Source: an uncultured Desulfovibrio sp. (GTDB lineage: Bacteria; Desulfobacterota; Desulfovibrionia; Desulfovibrionales; Desulfovibrionaceae). From it: a stretch of 64,000 nt of DNA. Below are positions 19,472-29,220 of this stretch, piece after piece. The stretch covers positions 7,812 to 71,811 of the forward strand of contig CAZFCC010000010.1 of assembly GCA_964517635.1 (NCBI GenBank), given 5' to 3'. Positions within the stretch are counted from its first letter, which is position 1; each line of letters opens with the position of its first letter. The notes below the pieces were generated by a model. That model made no database searches, was not told the DNA's origin, and saw nothing but the letters and a program-made list of their open reading frames with translations. The position numbers and the translations under genes were made by a program.

Positions 19472-20137
19472 AAGGATAACAATCTTGCGCAGATGATTGA
19501 CCACTTCTTCCGGCGTATCGCAGACGGTAACAAGCCGGTCTATTTCCTTTTCGCTAATAAATCCGCGCCCGGCCATGCTTTTGCGCAGCCATTCCAGCAT
19601 GCCGCTCCAGAAGCTGGAATCGTACAGCACAATGGGGAAAGGCCGTGTGCGGCCGGTCTGGGCCAGAACAAAAGCTTCAGAAAGCTCGTCAATGGTTCCC
19701 ATACCGCCGGGCATGACCACGTAGGCCATGGCGTATTTGACGAACATGAATTTGCGGATGAAAAAATAGCGGAAATTACAGCGGGTTTTAACGTATGGGT
19801 TGCATCCCTGCTCGTGCGGCAAGTGAATATGCAGCCCCACAGACTCGCCCCCGGCCTCGGTTGCGCCCTTATTGGCCGCTTCCATAATCCCGGGGCCGCC
19901 GCCGGTGATGATGCCAAAACCGGCGTCTACCAACAGCTTGGAAATTTTTTCCGCATCTTTATATTCCTGCGTTTCAGCGCCGCAGCGGGCTGAACCGAAA
20001 ATGGAGATGCAGTTGACCTTGAGGGCATTGAGGGTATCCAGGGCTTCTACCATTTCGGCCATGATGCGGAAGGTACGCCAGGATTCGGTGGTCACGGAAG
20101 CGAGATCGTCGACAATATTCTGTTGCAGTTCAGGCAT
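19469..20137 (-). CDS. LOG family (TIGR00730-type) Rossmann-fold protein
   Basis: SIFGSAR, ITGGGPGIMEAANKGA, FFIRKFMF and PGGMGTIDE. Confidence 0.92.
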   Translation of the reverse strand: MPELQQNIVDDLASVTTESWRTFRIMAEMVEALDTLNALKVNCISIFGSARCGAETQEYKDAEKISKLLVDAGFGIITGGGPGIMEAANKGATEAGGESVGLHIHLPHEQGCNPYVKTRCNFRYFFIRKFMFVKYAMAYVVMPGGMGTIDELSEAFVLAQTGRTRPFPIVLYDSSFWSGMLEWLRKSMAGRGFISEKEIDRLVTVCDTPEEVVNHLRKIVIL

Positions 20138-20720
20138 GTATTCTCCTTTTATATCTTCCATATGCCGAGCGGCGGGCTTGGCCAGCGCCATCCGGCTGCT
20201 GCCGATTTTATCCGGTGCTCTCCGGTGTGATCCGGACGGCTGCCGATTCTATTCAGGTTTATCCAGTCTCTCGGTGCTTTTCGGCTTGATCAGAATTTAT
20301 CAGAATTTGGCAGGCTTATCTGATTTTTGCCGGGCTTGCTGCCGGTTCGCACACCGGGGCGAAAGCGCATGAATTGCCCTGCCACCCCAGGCGGCAATGG
20401 TGTAATCAGTGTTGCAGTATATGTGGCCCAATGCGTAAAAGCAATGCGAAGCTTTAACGCGTGGCATGTGCGCAGGCCGCCGGGCAGCTTGACGCTACGC
20501 GTCTCAAGCGGCTATGGAAAAAAGTCCTACGCGGCTTGTGGCAACACAAGTGCGCGCTTGAGGCGTTTACCATCCGCGCTCAGGCATGGTGGACAGCTCA
20601 CGGCCCAAACGCATCACATACCTGAAAACAGCGTTGCAAGGCGGAACACGGGCGCACAAGAGCCTGCTGGCTGCCTCGGCATACCGGGCGGCCTTTTGCC
20701 GCCAAATTTTACCGGAGGCC

Positions 20721-22334
20721 ATGATGAAGGTTCAATTCCTGGGCGCGGCGCAAACCGTGACCGGTTCCTGCTACATGATTGAAGCATGCGGCAAGCGTTT
20801 TTGCATCGACTGCGGCATGCATCAGGGCAACAAGGCCATTGAAGCCCGCAACCGCGAAATCGAAGTATACCGGGCCACAGAGCTTGATTTCATGCTTATT
20901 ACTCACGCGCATATAGACCATTCGGGCCTTTTACCCCGAGTTGTGAGCGAGGGTTTTCAGGGGCCTGTATACTGCACCAAGGCCACCAGCGAGCTGCTGG
21001 ATCTCATGCTGCAAGACAGCGCCCACATTCAGGAAATGGAAGCCCAGTGGGAAGCTAAAAAATACATGCGCCGCGGGCTGAAAAATCCCCCCGCGGCACT
21101 TTATACCATAGAGGACGCGCAAAAAGCCGTGTCGCTTTTTTCCGCTGTGGACTACCATAAAACATTTGAGCCCGCGCCGGGCATTCGCGTAACCTACTAT
21201 GATGCGGGCCACATTCTTGGCTCCGGTTCGCTGCGCATCGAGGCCGACGAAGACGGCAAAACCACAAGCCTCATTTTTTCCGGCGACATCGGCCGCCCCC
21301 AGGCCCTCATTGTGCGCAACCCCGAAAGCCCGCCACAGGCCGACTATGTTTTTATGGAATCCACCTACGGTGACCGAGACCATAAAAACGAAGAAACCAG
21401 CGATCGCGAGCTGGCCGAAGCCATTGCCTACAGCTACGGCAAGGGCGAAAAAGTTATTATCCCGGCATTTGCCGTGGAACGCACGCAGGAAGTGCTGTAT
21501 TGTCTGCACACGCTGAGCAAAAAGGGCAAGCTTCCCGACGATATGCCCGTGTACGTGGACAGCCCCCTGGCCATCCGCGCCACAGAAGTTTTTGAGCGCA
21601 ACCGCGAGCTTTTTGACGAATCCGCCAAAAAACTGCTCAATAACGGCGACAATCCCTTTGCGTTGCCCAACCTGCGCTATACCCTGTCTGTGGCCGAATC
21701 GCAGGCCATTAACGATTACAAAGGGCCGGCCATTATCATTTCCGCCAGCGGCATGTGCAATGCGGGCCGCGTGCGCCACCACCTGCGCCATAATATCTGG
21801 AAACCCGGCGCCAGCATCGTTTTTGTGGGCTATCAGGCCGTAGGCACGCCGGGGCGGAAGATTGTTGAAAGGGCCAAAAAAATAACCCTTTTCGGCGAAG
21901 ATATGGATGTGGCGGCCCGCATTGTCACCATTAACGGCTTTTCGGGCCATGCTGGGCAGAGCCAACTTCTGGACTGGCTGGCCCCCCTGGCCCACAACTG
22001 CGCCCAGGTCGTGCTGACCCACGGCGAAATCAAGGCCCAGGAAACGCTGGCCGGGCTTGTGCAGCAGCGTTTCGGCATCAAACCGCGCATTGCCGCCTAC
22101 CTTGAAGAAATGGTACTGGAAGGCTGTGAGGTTACCGCCACAGTTACCCACGAAACCAAGGCCCATCCCAGGGTGGATTGGGGCTTTCTTACCGGCGAAG
22201 TGGAGCGCAAGTGGGGGATGTTCAAGGGCAAACTGGCTGATGTTGAAGCCCGTCCCTGGGTGGAGCAAACCGATTTGCAGGAAGCTCTGGAAAAAATGGA
22301 CTATGCCCTCACGCGCCTTATTTCGCGCATGTAG
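20721..22334 (+). CDS. Metallo-beta-lactamase / beta-CASP nuclease
   Basis: THAHIDHSG, AGHILGS, FSGDIG, MESTYG, PAFAVERTQE and FSGHA. Confidence 0.93.
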   Translation: MMKVQFLGAAQTVTGSCYMIEACGKRFCIDCGMHQGNKAIEARNREIEVYRATELDFMLITHAHIDHSGLLPRVVSEGFQGPVYCTKATSELLDLMLQDSAHIQEMEAQWEAKKYMRRGLKNPPAALYTIEDAQKAVSLFSAVDYHKTFEPAPGIRVTYYDAGHILGSGSLRIEADEDGKTTSLIFSGDIGRPQALIVRNPESPPQADYVFMESTYGDRDHKNEETSDRELAEAIAYSYGKGEKVIIPAFAVERTQEVLYCLHTLSKKGKLPDDMPVYVDSPLAIRATEVFERNRELFDESAKKLLNNGDNPFALPNLRYTLSVAESQAINDYKGPAIIISASGMCNAGRVRHHLRHNIWKPGASIVFVGYQAVGTPGRKIVERAKKITLFGEDMDVAARIVTINGFSGHAGQSQLLDWLAPLAHNCAQVVLTHGEIKAQETLAGLVQQRFGIKPRIAAYLEEMVLEGCEVTATVTHETKAHPRVDWGFLTGEVERKWGMFKGKLADVEARPWVEQTDLQEALEKMDYALTRLISRM

Positions 22335-22349
22335 GAGAATAAAAACACC

Positions 22350-22901
22350 ATGCGCATCATAGCGGGCCGCCTTGGCGGCCGTATTTTAAAAACCGTCGAG
22401 GGTGAGGGCTATCGCCCCGCCATGAGCAGAACCCGAGAAGCGCTCTTTTCAATGCTTGTGGCTCGCGGGCTGGTCTGGGGCACAGCGCGCGTGCTGGATC
22501 TTTTTGCTGGCAGCGGCAGCCTGGCCTTTGAATCCATCAGCCGGGGGGCGCCGCATGCCCTGCTGGTGGAAAATTCCAACACGGCCATGCGTTGCCTTCA
22601 GGCCAATGTGGAAAACCTCGGCGTGCAGGCCGAGGCAGGCCTTGTGAAAGACGATGTGCTCAAGGTGCTCAAGCGGCCGCCGCAAGAACCGTATAACCTT
22701 GTTTTTATGGACCCGCCCTATCGGAAAAAACTGGCGGAACCAGCCTTGCGCCTTCTGGCGGCCAACCGCTGGCTTGCGCCCGGAGCCTTTGTAACGGCCG
22801 AGATTGAAAAGGAGGCACGCTTTGCCGTGCCCCAGGGTTTTACCCTGGAAACCGACAGGCTGCTGGGCCAGACCCGCGTCTGTATCTGGATAGCATCATG
22901 A
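22350..22901 (+). CDS. rsmD: 16S rRNA m2G966 methyltransferase
   Basis: MRIIAG, REALFS, LDLFAGSGSL and DPPY; followed by coaD. Confidence 0.93.
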   Translation: MRIIAGRLGGRILKTVEGEGYRPAMSRTREALFSMLVARGLVWGTARVLDLFAGSGSLAFESISRGAPHALLVENSNTAMRCLQANVENLGVQAEAGLVKDDVLKVLKRPPQEPYNLVFMDPPYRKKLAEPALRLLAANRWLAPGAFVTAEIEKEARFAVPQGFTLETDRLLGQTRVCIWIAS

Positions 22902-23437
22902 AAGTAGCCATGTATCCCGGCACCTTCGACCCGCTGACCAATGGTCACCTCAGCCTTATCCGGCGCGGGTGCGAAGTTTTTGACCAGCTTATCGTGGCCG
23001 TGGCCGACAGTACGCCCAAACGCCCCCTGTTCAGCCACGAAGAACGTGTGGCAATGGCCCGCGAGGCCCTCAAAAACGAAACGCGCGTCCGTGTGGAACC
23101 ATTTTCAGGGCTGACGGTGGAATATGCCGCCCAGCGCGGGGCCTGCGCCCTGCTGCGGGGGCTGCGCGCCGCCTCTGACTTTGAATATGAATTCCAGCTG
23201 GCCCTCATGAACCGTCGCTTACAGCGCCAGATCCAGACGGTTTTTCTCATGACCGACTACCAGTGGCTGTTCATAAGCTCCACCATCGTCAAGGCCGCTG
23301 CCAGCCACGGCGCGGACATCAAGGGCCTTGTGCCCGAAAATGTACGCCTGGCCCTTATGGAAAAATACGAAAAAGGCGAAGTTGCCAAAGGAACTCCGTG
23401 CCTTGCGCCGCCCTACGGCGGGTTCCGCACTTCATGA
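22898..23437 (+). CDS. coaD: Phosphopantetheine adenylyltransferase
   Basis: YPGTFDPLTNGH, RGLRAASDFEYE and ISST. Confidence 0.97.
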   Translation: MKVAMYPGTFDPLTNGHLSLIRRGCEVFDQLIVAVADSTPKRPLFSHEERVAMAREALKNETRVRVEPFSGLTVEYAAQRGACALLRGLRAASDFEYEFQLALMNRRLQRQIQTVFLMTDYQWLFISSTIVKAAASHGADIKGLVPENVRLALMEKYEKGEVAKGTPCLAPPYGGFRTS

Positions 23438-23449
23438 AGCGATAGATGC

Positions 23450-24421
23450 ATGCCAAGCAACAACACTTCCGGCGGGGTGGCGCAAGCCGCCCCGTCATCC
23501 ACAACTTTGCCCGTCATCTGCCTCGCCGGGCCCACAGGTTCGGGTAAAACGGCCGCGGCCTTGGCCATGGCCGACGCCCTTGGCGGCGAAGTCATCAATG
23601 CGGACTCGCGCCAGGTTTACGCCGACTTTCCACGCATCACGGCCCAGCCTTCTCCCGAAGAGCTGGCCTGCTGTCCGCACCATCTTTATGGCTTCTTGCC
23701 CACAGCGCAAAAAATCAGCGCCGGCCGCTGGGCTGCGCAAGCCCAGGAAACAGCACGACAAATCCTTTCACGCGGTAAAATACCGCTGCTGGTAGGCGGC
23801 ACGGGCCTTTACTTTCAGACCCTCCTGCACGGCACAGCCGAAATCCCCCCGGTGGATCCGGCCCTCACCGCAGCCCTCACCGCGCGCCTGGAAGGCGCCG
23901 GATCGCAGGCCATGCACGCCGAGCTGGCCCGCGTGGACTCGGACTACGCTGCCCGCATACATCCCAATGACCGGCAACGCATCGTGCGCGCTCTTGAAGT
24001 ACATGAGGCCACGGGCAAAGCCTTTAGCTGGTGGCACAAACACGCCATGAGCCCGCCGCTCTGTAGCGGGCCCCTGCTTGTGCTTGATGCTCCCCTGCCC
24101 TGGCTGGAGCCGCGCCTTGCCCGGCGCCTGGACATGATGCTCGCGTCTGGCGCCATGGACGAAGCCGCCGCTGCCCTTGAAATTTGTGATGACGACAATG
24201 CCCCCGGCTGGACGGGCATCGGCTGTGCGGAGGCCCTCGCCTTTCTGCGGGGCCGCATGAGTTTTGATGCCTGCCGCGACCTCTGGCTGCGCAACACGCG
24301 GGCCTACGCCAAGCGCCAGCTCACCTGGTTTCGTGCGCGGCCCGAGGCCGTGTGGCTGCCCCCCGATGACGTGGACGCCGTGGTCAAAGCGGCGGGGATG
24401 CGCCTGGCAGCGGGGGTATGA
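23450..24421 (+). CDS. miaA: tRNA dimethylallyltransferase
   Basis: GPTGSGKT, INADSRQVY, VGGTGLY, HPNDRQRIVRALEV and YAKRQLTWF. Confidence 0.96.
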   Translation: MPSNNTSGGVAQAAPSSTTLPVICLAGPTGSGKTAAALAMADALGGEVINADSRQVYADFPRITAQPSPEELACCPHHLYGFLPTAQKISAGRWAAQAQETARQILSRGKIPLLVGGTGLYFQTLLHGTAEIPPVDPALTAALTARLEGAGSQAMHAELARVDSDYAARIHPNDRQRIVRALEVHEATGKAFSWWHKHAMSPPLCSGPLLVLDAPLPWLEPRLARRLDMMLASGAMDEAAAALEICDDDNAPGWTGIGCAEALAFLRGRMSFDACRDLWLRNTRAYAKRQLTWFRARPEAVWLPPDDVDAVVKAAGMRLAAGV

Positions 24422-25030
24422 CGCCTGAACGGCGGGGGTGTGTAGCCTGCGCGGCAGGGATGCGCCTGCGCGGCAGGGATGCGCCTGCGCGGCGGGGATG
24501 CGCCTGCGCGGCGGGGATGCGCCTGCGCGGCGGGGATGCGCCTGCCAGCGGGGATGCGCCTGCCAGCGGGGGGGATTGCGCGACGCGCAGGGATGAGAAA
24601 AGGGCTTGTCCTTTGGGAAGAGATTTTTGTGCCCGGCGGGCACGAAGGCTTTTTCTTTGTATGTTATTTTGGCCGCCTGCGCGGCGCGCCGCAGAAAGAA
24701 CGTTTGTCCTTCGATAAGGGAAGTGAGTGCCCTGCGGGCACGAGGGCTTGTTTTTTAATTTAGTTTAGGCCGCCTGCGCGGCGGGCGGCAGACGGGGGCC
24801 TGTTAGGGGCTGCCGCCCCTCCGAGGCCCCCTCTGCACTCCCCCCGGACGACCCCGCTGGGCTTTCCATATTTCACCAACCCTCAAGGCCCATCTGGCCT
24901 CACTCCGGCCAATCCTCCTGGGCTTTCCAACTACCGCCAATCCCCGAGGGCTGCGCGGCCTCTGCTGCGGGAGCTTCCCTCGCTGCGCTCGGGTGATCTC
25001 CCTGCGCGCCGCGCAATGCCATCCACGAAT
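24390..25030 (-). repeat. Long modular element, family B copy 1, with a 19-bp tandem tail (GCGGCRGGGATGCGCCTGC)
   Basis: Reverse complement aligns with 25524-25915 and 33985-34360; five full tail units at 24451-24545 plus degenerate ones. Confidence 0.85.
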
Positions 25031-25525
25031 GGAGCTTTGATCGCCTGCTGCACAAAGCAAAGATCATCAGGCTATTTCATGCAATGCCGCCCACGAGCAA
25101 GTCTTGATCGGCTGCTGCACAAGACAAAGATCATCAGGCTATTTCATGCAATGCCATCCGCAAGCAAATCTTGATCGGCAACTGCCCAAATCGACGGTCA
25201 TCAGGCTATTCGGTGCAATACTTTCAAGCAGGCGACGCCCAAAATCTTTTGGGCAAGGAGAAAGCAAGCCATGGTGCAATGCACCCAAGCAGGCGATTCC
25301 CTCACAGCTTTTAAGCAAAGAGAACACAAACGATAATACAATGCCCTTCAAGCAGACAAACGCCCCAGAGCTTTTGGACAGAGAAGAAGTATCCGAAGTC
25401 CTGATGCCCCTCAAACGGGCGACGCCCCAGAGCTTTTGGGCAGAGATGAAACAGCCAAAGCCCTCATGCCCTCAAGCAGGCGACTCCCCAGAGCTTTGGT
25501 GCAAGGAGAAAGCAAACGATGGTAT
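25013..25525. repeat. Degenerate 61-68 bp tandem arrays (3 x ~67 bp plus 5 x ~62 bp)
   Basis: Units start at about 25013, 25081, 25148, 25215, 25276, 25338, 25401 and 25462. Confidence 0.75.
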
Positions 25526-25915
25526 TGCGCGGCGCGCAGGGAGATCACCCGAGCGCAGGGAGATCACCCGAGCGCAGCGAGGGAAGCTCCCGCAGCAGAG
25601 GCCGCGCAGCCCTCGCAGGCTGGCGGAAACTGGAAAGCCCAAGGGGGGTGCTTCGGGGGGGATGCAAGGGGGGCCGAGAAGGGGGCGCAGCCCCATAACC
25701 GGCCCCGCCTTGCCGCCCGCCGCGCAGGCGGCCAAAACAAAGAGCAAAGAAAAAGCCCCGTGCCCGCAGGGCACAGAAATCTCTTCCCAAAGGGCAAGCC
25801 CTTTCCCCTTCCCATCATTGCTCGCCGCGCAGGCGTCTCCCCCCGCCGGTAGGCGCAATCCCCCCGCCGATCAGGCGTCTCCCCTCGCCGATCAGGCGTC
25901 TACCCCCGCCCCGTA
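25524..25915 (+). repeat. Long modular element, family B copy 2 (inverted relative to copy 1)
   Basis: ttgcgcggcgcgcagggagatcacccga...ggaaagccc...gcaggcggcc...gtgcccgcagggcac core with a caggcgtctcccc tail. Confidence 0.85.
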
Positions 25916-25926
25916 AGCGGCCCCAC

Positions 25927-26565
25927 TCACTTGTTCAGGGTAAGAAACTCGTGCTCGTCAGGATCGTAATATTCAATTTCGCCAGACTCGATGTGGTAGA
26001 GCCAGCCGTGAACATGGAGCGTGCCTTTATTTACCTTGCGCCGCACATAGGGATAGGTGAGCAAATTTTCGAGCTGGAAAATGATGGAAAGCTTTTCGGT
26101 CAAGCGCAGAAGCTTTTCTTGATCGGCATTCTTGCCCAGGGCCAAGAGGGCAAGATCCTTGGCCTTCTTGCCCAGAGACAACCATTTTTTGGTGTGGATG
26201 AGCTCCTTGCCCTTGATGTCTTTGTACAGCGCCTCAATGGCACCGCAATGGGTATGTCCGCAGATAATTATTTCTGAAATATTCAATGTAGTTACGGCGT
26301 ATTCGATACCGGAAGCCGTGGCGTGATAATCTTCGTCGGGCTTATAGGGGGCCACAAAGTTGCCCACATTGCGCAAGACGAAAAGCTGCCCTGGAGGCGC
26401 ATTGGTTATGAGAGAAGGAATAACCCGGGAGTCGGCGCAGCCGATAAAAAGCGCCTTGGGGTGCTGCCCGCTGCTGACCAGATCTAAAAGCTGGGATTCA
26501 TTTTTTTTGAAATAGTTTTTCTGGAACAGCTCGTTGCCCTGTAACAGGCTTTCAACACTCTTCAT
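25927..26565 (-). CDS. can: Beta-class carbonic anhydrase
   Basis: GCADSRV, RNVGN and CGHTHCG zinc motifs. Confidence 0.95.
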   Translation of the reverse strand: MKSVESLLQGNELFQKNYFKKNESQLLDLVSSGQHPKALFIGCADSRVIPSLITNAPPGQLFVLRNVGNFVAPYKPDEDYHATASGIEYAVTTLNISEIIICGHTHCGAIEALYKDIKGKELIHTKKWLSLGKKAKDLALLALGKNADQEKLLRLTEKLSIIFQLENLLTYPYVRRKVNKGTLHVHGWLYHIESGEIEYYDPDEHEFLTLNK

Positions 26566-26918
26566 CAACGATCCTCCGTTGGGGTTATGCAGCCCTTCAT
26601 TACAACCCTTTAGTACAGCCATTCAGGCGGCAGGCGCACCCCAGGATACCGTCCTCTGCGGAAAGACGGCACAGCCTGAAAAGGGGGCGCATTCCCCGGC
26701 AAAACCGGGGTATTTCACGCTGCTTCCATATCACCTTGGCACGTAGAGCATCTTTATGCGCAGGTCAAGCGCAAAGCACACTCATGCCCTCTTTGGGACA
26801 AAATTCGTAAAAAAAAATTATTTTTGTCAATCCGCGCCGGGCCATGTATCCATCGTGCACAACGTAAGACAACAAATAAAAAGAATGGCGCAAAACGCCA
26901 AAATAAAAACTTCCTTTT

Positions 26919-26936
26919 TAATGAAAAATTTCTCAA
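26919..26936. promoter_or_regulatory. Possible Rex-type operator upstream of the nine-heme cytochrome operon
   Basis: TAATGAAAAATTTCTCAA, 11/14 match to TTGTGAA-N4-TTCACAA. Confidence 0.35.
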
Positions 26937-27121
26937 TCGCCTTGTTTTTCCAAGCATGAGAAGCCGTTCCAACTCTCTGACCTCCTTGACGTGTCTTGCT
27001 GCCTGCGATACCGTTGCAATATCTGCGTGTTTGCCCCCCGCAGGGATCGGCGGGGCCGGAGGATCCCGCCGCCCTTGAGTGGCGGGCTTGGGGTAATGTC
27101 TGAATGCAAAAGGACAAGCAC

Positions 27122-28102
27122 ATGAGGAACGGCACATCACTGCTTCTGCTGGCGGCTATAGCCCTGGCTGGCGCGGCGTGTCTCACGGCGCTGGGAGGCA
27201 CGGCCAAGGCCGCAGCCCTGGAGCCAACGGACAGCGGCGCGCCATCGGCTATAGTCATGTTTCCGGTCGCCGAAAAGCCCAATCCCAAGGGCGCGGCCAT
27301 GAAACCTGTGGTTTTCAACCATCTTATTCATGAAAAGAAAATTGACAACTGCGAGACCTGTCACCACACGGGTGATCCCGTGTCCTGTAGCACCTGCCAC
27401 ACGGTGGAAGGCAAGGCCGAGGGGAATTATGTCACCCTTGACCGCGCCATGCATGCTACCAACATCGCCAAACGCGCCAAGGGCAACACGCCCGCGAGCT
27501 GCGTAAGCTGTCACGTACAGCAAACCAAAGAACGGCGAGAATGCGCGGGCTGCCACGCTATTGTCACGCCCAAGCGCGATCAGGCATGGTGCGCCACCTG
27601 CCACAACGTCACACCTGCCATAACGCCCGAACAGATGCAGAAGGGAATCAACGGAACCCTGCTGCCCAGCGACAACGAAGCCCTGGCCGCAGCAACCGTG
27701 CTGGCCCAGAAGCCCGTTGAACCAGTTTCTCCCATGCTGGCTCCCTTAAAGGTGATCATTGATACTCTGGCTGACAAGTATGAGCCGAGCAATTTTACCC
27801 ACGGTCGCCACCTCACGTCTCTTATGGAAAGAATCAAGGACGACAAGCTGGCTCAGGCTTTCCACAACAAGCCTGAAATTCTGTGCGCTACCTGCCACCA
27901 CAGAAGCCCGCTTTCCCTTACGCCTCCCAAGTGCGGCAGCTGCCACACCAAGGAGATCGACAAGGCCAATCCCGGTCGTCCCAACCTTATGGCCGCCTAC
28001 CATCTGCAGTGCATGGGCTGCCACAAGGGCATGGATGTCGCGCGTCCCCGTGACACCGACTGCACCACTTGCCATAAGGCTGCGCCCAAGAGCGCCGACT
28101 AG
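27122..28102 (+). CDS. nhcA: Nine-heme cytochrome c precursor (9HcA)
   Basis: Signal peptide and nine CxxCH motifs; mature AALEPTDSGAPSAIVMFP matches D. desulfuricans 9Hc as remembered. Confidence 0.93.
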   Translation: MRNGTSLLLLAAIALAGAACLTALGGTAKAAALEPTDSGAPSAIVMFPVAEKPNPKGAAMKPVVFNHLIHEKKIDNCETCHHTGDPVSCSTCHTVEGKAEGNYVTLDRAMHATNIAKRAKGNTPASCVSCHVQQTKERRECAGCHAIVTPKRDQAWCATCHNVTPAITPEQMQKGINGTLLPSDNEALAAATVLAQKPVEPVSPMLAPLKVIIDTLADKYEPSNFTHGRHLTSLMERIKDDKLAQAFHNKPEILCATCHHRSPLSLTPPKCGSCHTKEIDKANPGRPNLMAAYHLQCMGCHKGMDVARPRDTDCTTCHKAAPKSAD

Positions 28103-28116
28103 CATGGAGTAAGAAT

Positions 28117-29220
28117 ATGAAACGCAGAACATTTCTGACCATTCTGGGAAGCGCAGGCGTAGTCTCGGCCCTTGGCTCAGCCAAGGTAGCCCAGGCCGGG
28201 CAGCATACTTTCCCATACTACGCAGATAGTTACGGGGTGCTGCACGACACCACCCGTTGCATCGGTTGCCGCAAATGTGAAGAGGCCTGCAACAAGGTCA
28301 ACAACCTGCCCAAACCCAAAAAACCCTTCAGCGACCTCACGGTCTGCGATACGCAGCGCCGTAGCAGCGAATATGAATGGACAGTGGTGAACAAGTACAA
28401 GGTCAACGGCAAAAACGTGTTCCGCAAGTTGCAGTGCTTTCACTGCAATGACCCGGCCTGCGCCTCTGCCTGCTTTGCCAAGTGCTTTACCAAACAGCCC
28501 AACGGCGCTGTTCACTACGATGGCTCGCAGTGTGTGGGTTGCCGCTACTGCATGATCGCCTGTCCTTTCTATGTTCCCGGCTTTCAGTACGATGAGGCCT
28601 TTGACCCCCTCGTACAAAAATGCACCTTCTGCGAGCCGCTGCTCAAAGAAGGCAAGCTGCCCGGCTGTGTGCAGGCCTGCCCCAAGGACGCCCTCACCTT
28701 TGGCCGCCGCAGCGACCTGATCCGCGTGGCTCGCGCCCGCATGGCCGATAATCCCGGCAAATACGTCAACTACATCTATGGCGAGTTTGATGCGGGCGGC
28801 ACAGCCTGGATGGTGCTCAGCCCCGCTGTGGGCGCCACCGCCGCAGCCATTCCGCCGGACGACGCTCCGCTGGCTGGCGACGAGCTCAAGCAGCTCGGCC
28901 TTGACACCCATCTCGGCAACCGCCCCATGGGCGAGCTGACCTACGGCGCTCTGGGCGCAGTGCCCATGATCGTGGCCTTCTGGCCCGTGCTTTTCGGTGG
29001 CGCCTACGCCATCAGCAAGCGCCGCGAAGCCATGTACAAAGCTGAAGCGGATGGCAAGACCAAGGAAGCCCGTGAAGACGTGGCCGCCGCTGTTGACGCC
29101 GCTGTTCGCAAAATTGAGGAAACCCAGGGGCCGGGCGCTGCCGACACAGCCCGCCGCGCCATGACCGAGGCCCTCAAGGCCCGGGAAACGGCGAGCACGG
29201 GTCACGGGGAGGATAAGTAA
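28117..29220 (+). CDS. nhcB: Tat-exported 4x[4Fe-4S] subunit (HmcB/HybA-like)
   Basis: MKRRTFL Tat motif; four Cys cluster motifs; C-terminal TM helix. Confidence 0.88.
   Translation: MKRRTFLTILGSAGVVSALGSAKVAQAGQHTFPYYADSYGVLHDTTRCIGCRKCEEACNKVNNLPKPKKPFSDLTVCDTQRRSSEYEWTVVNKYKVNGKNVFRKLQCFHCNDPACASACFAKCFTKQPNGAVHYDGSQCVGCRYCMIACPFYVPGFQYDEAFDPLVQKCTFCEPLLKEGKLPGCVQACPKDALTFGRRSDLIRVARARMADNPGKYVNYIYGEFDAGGTAWMVLSPAVGATAAAIPPDDAPLAGDELKQLGLDTHLGNRPMGELTYGALGAVPMIVAFWPVLFGGAYAISKRREAMYKAEADGKTKEAREDVAAAVDAAVRKIEETQGPGAADTARRAMTEALKARETASTGHGEDK

Noticed and set aside
20539-20553. sigma54 promoter upstream of the beta-CASP gene (TGGCAACACAAGTGC)
   Set aside because: The GG/GC spacing fits but flanking matches are weak; this is plausible by chance in GC-rich DNA.
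25215-25525. CRISPR array (about 31-bp repeat plus 30-bp spacer appearance)
   Set aside because: Repeats are too degenerate, the spacers resemble each other, and there are no cas genes; better explained as a tandem array.
25104-25916. 270-aa minus-strand ORF and other ORFs in 24400-25900
   Set aside because: They lie wholly within repeat elements; no motifs and no RBS.
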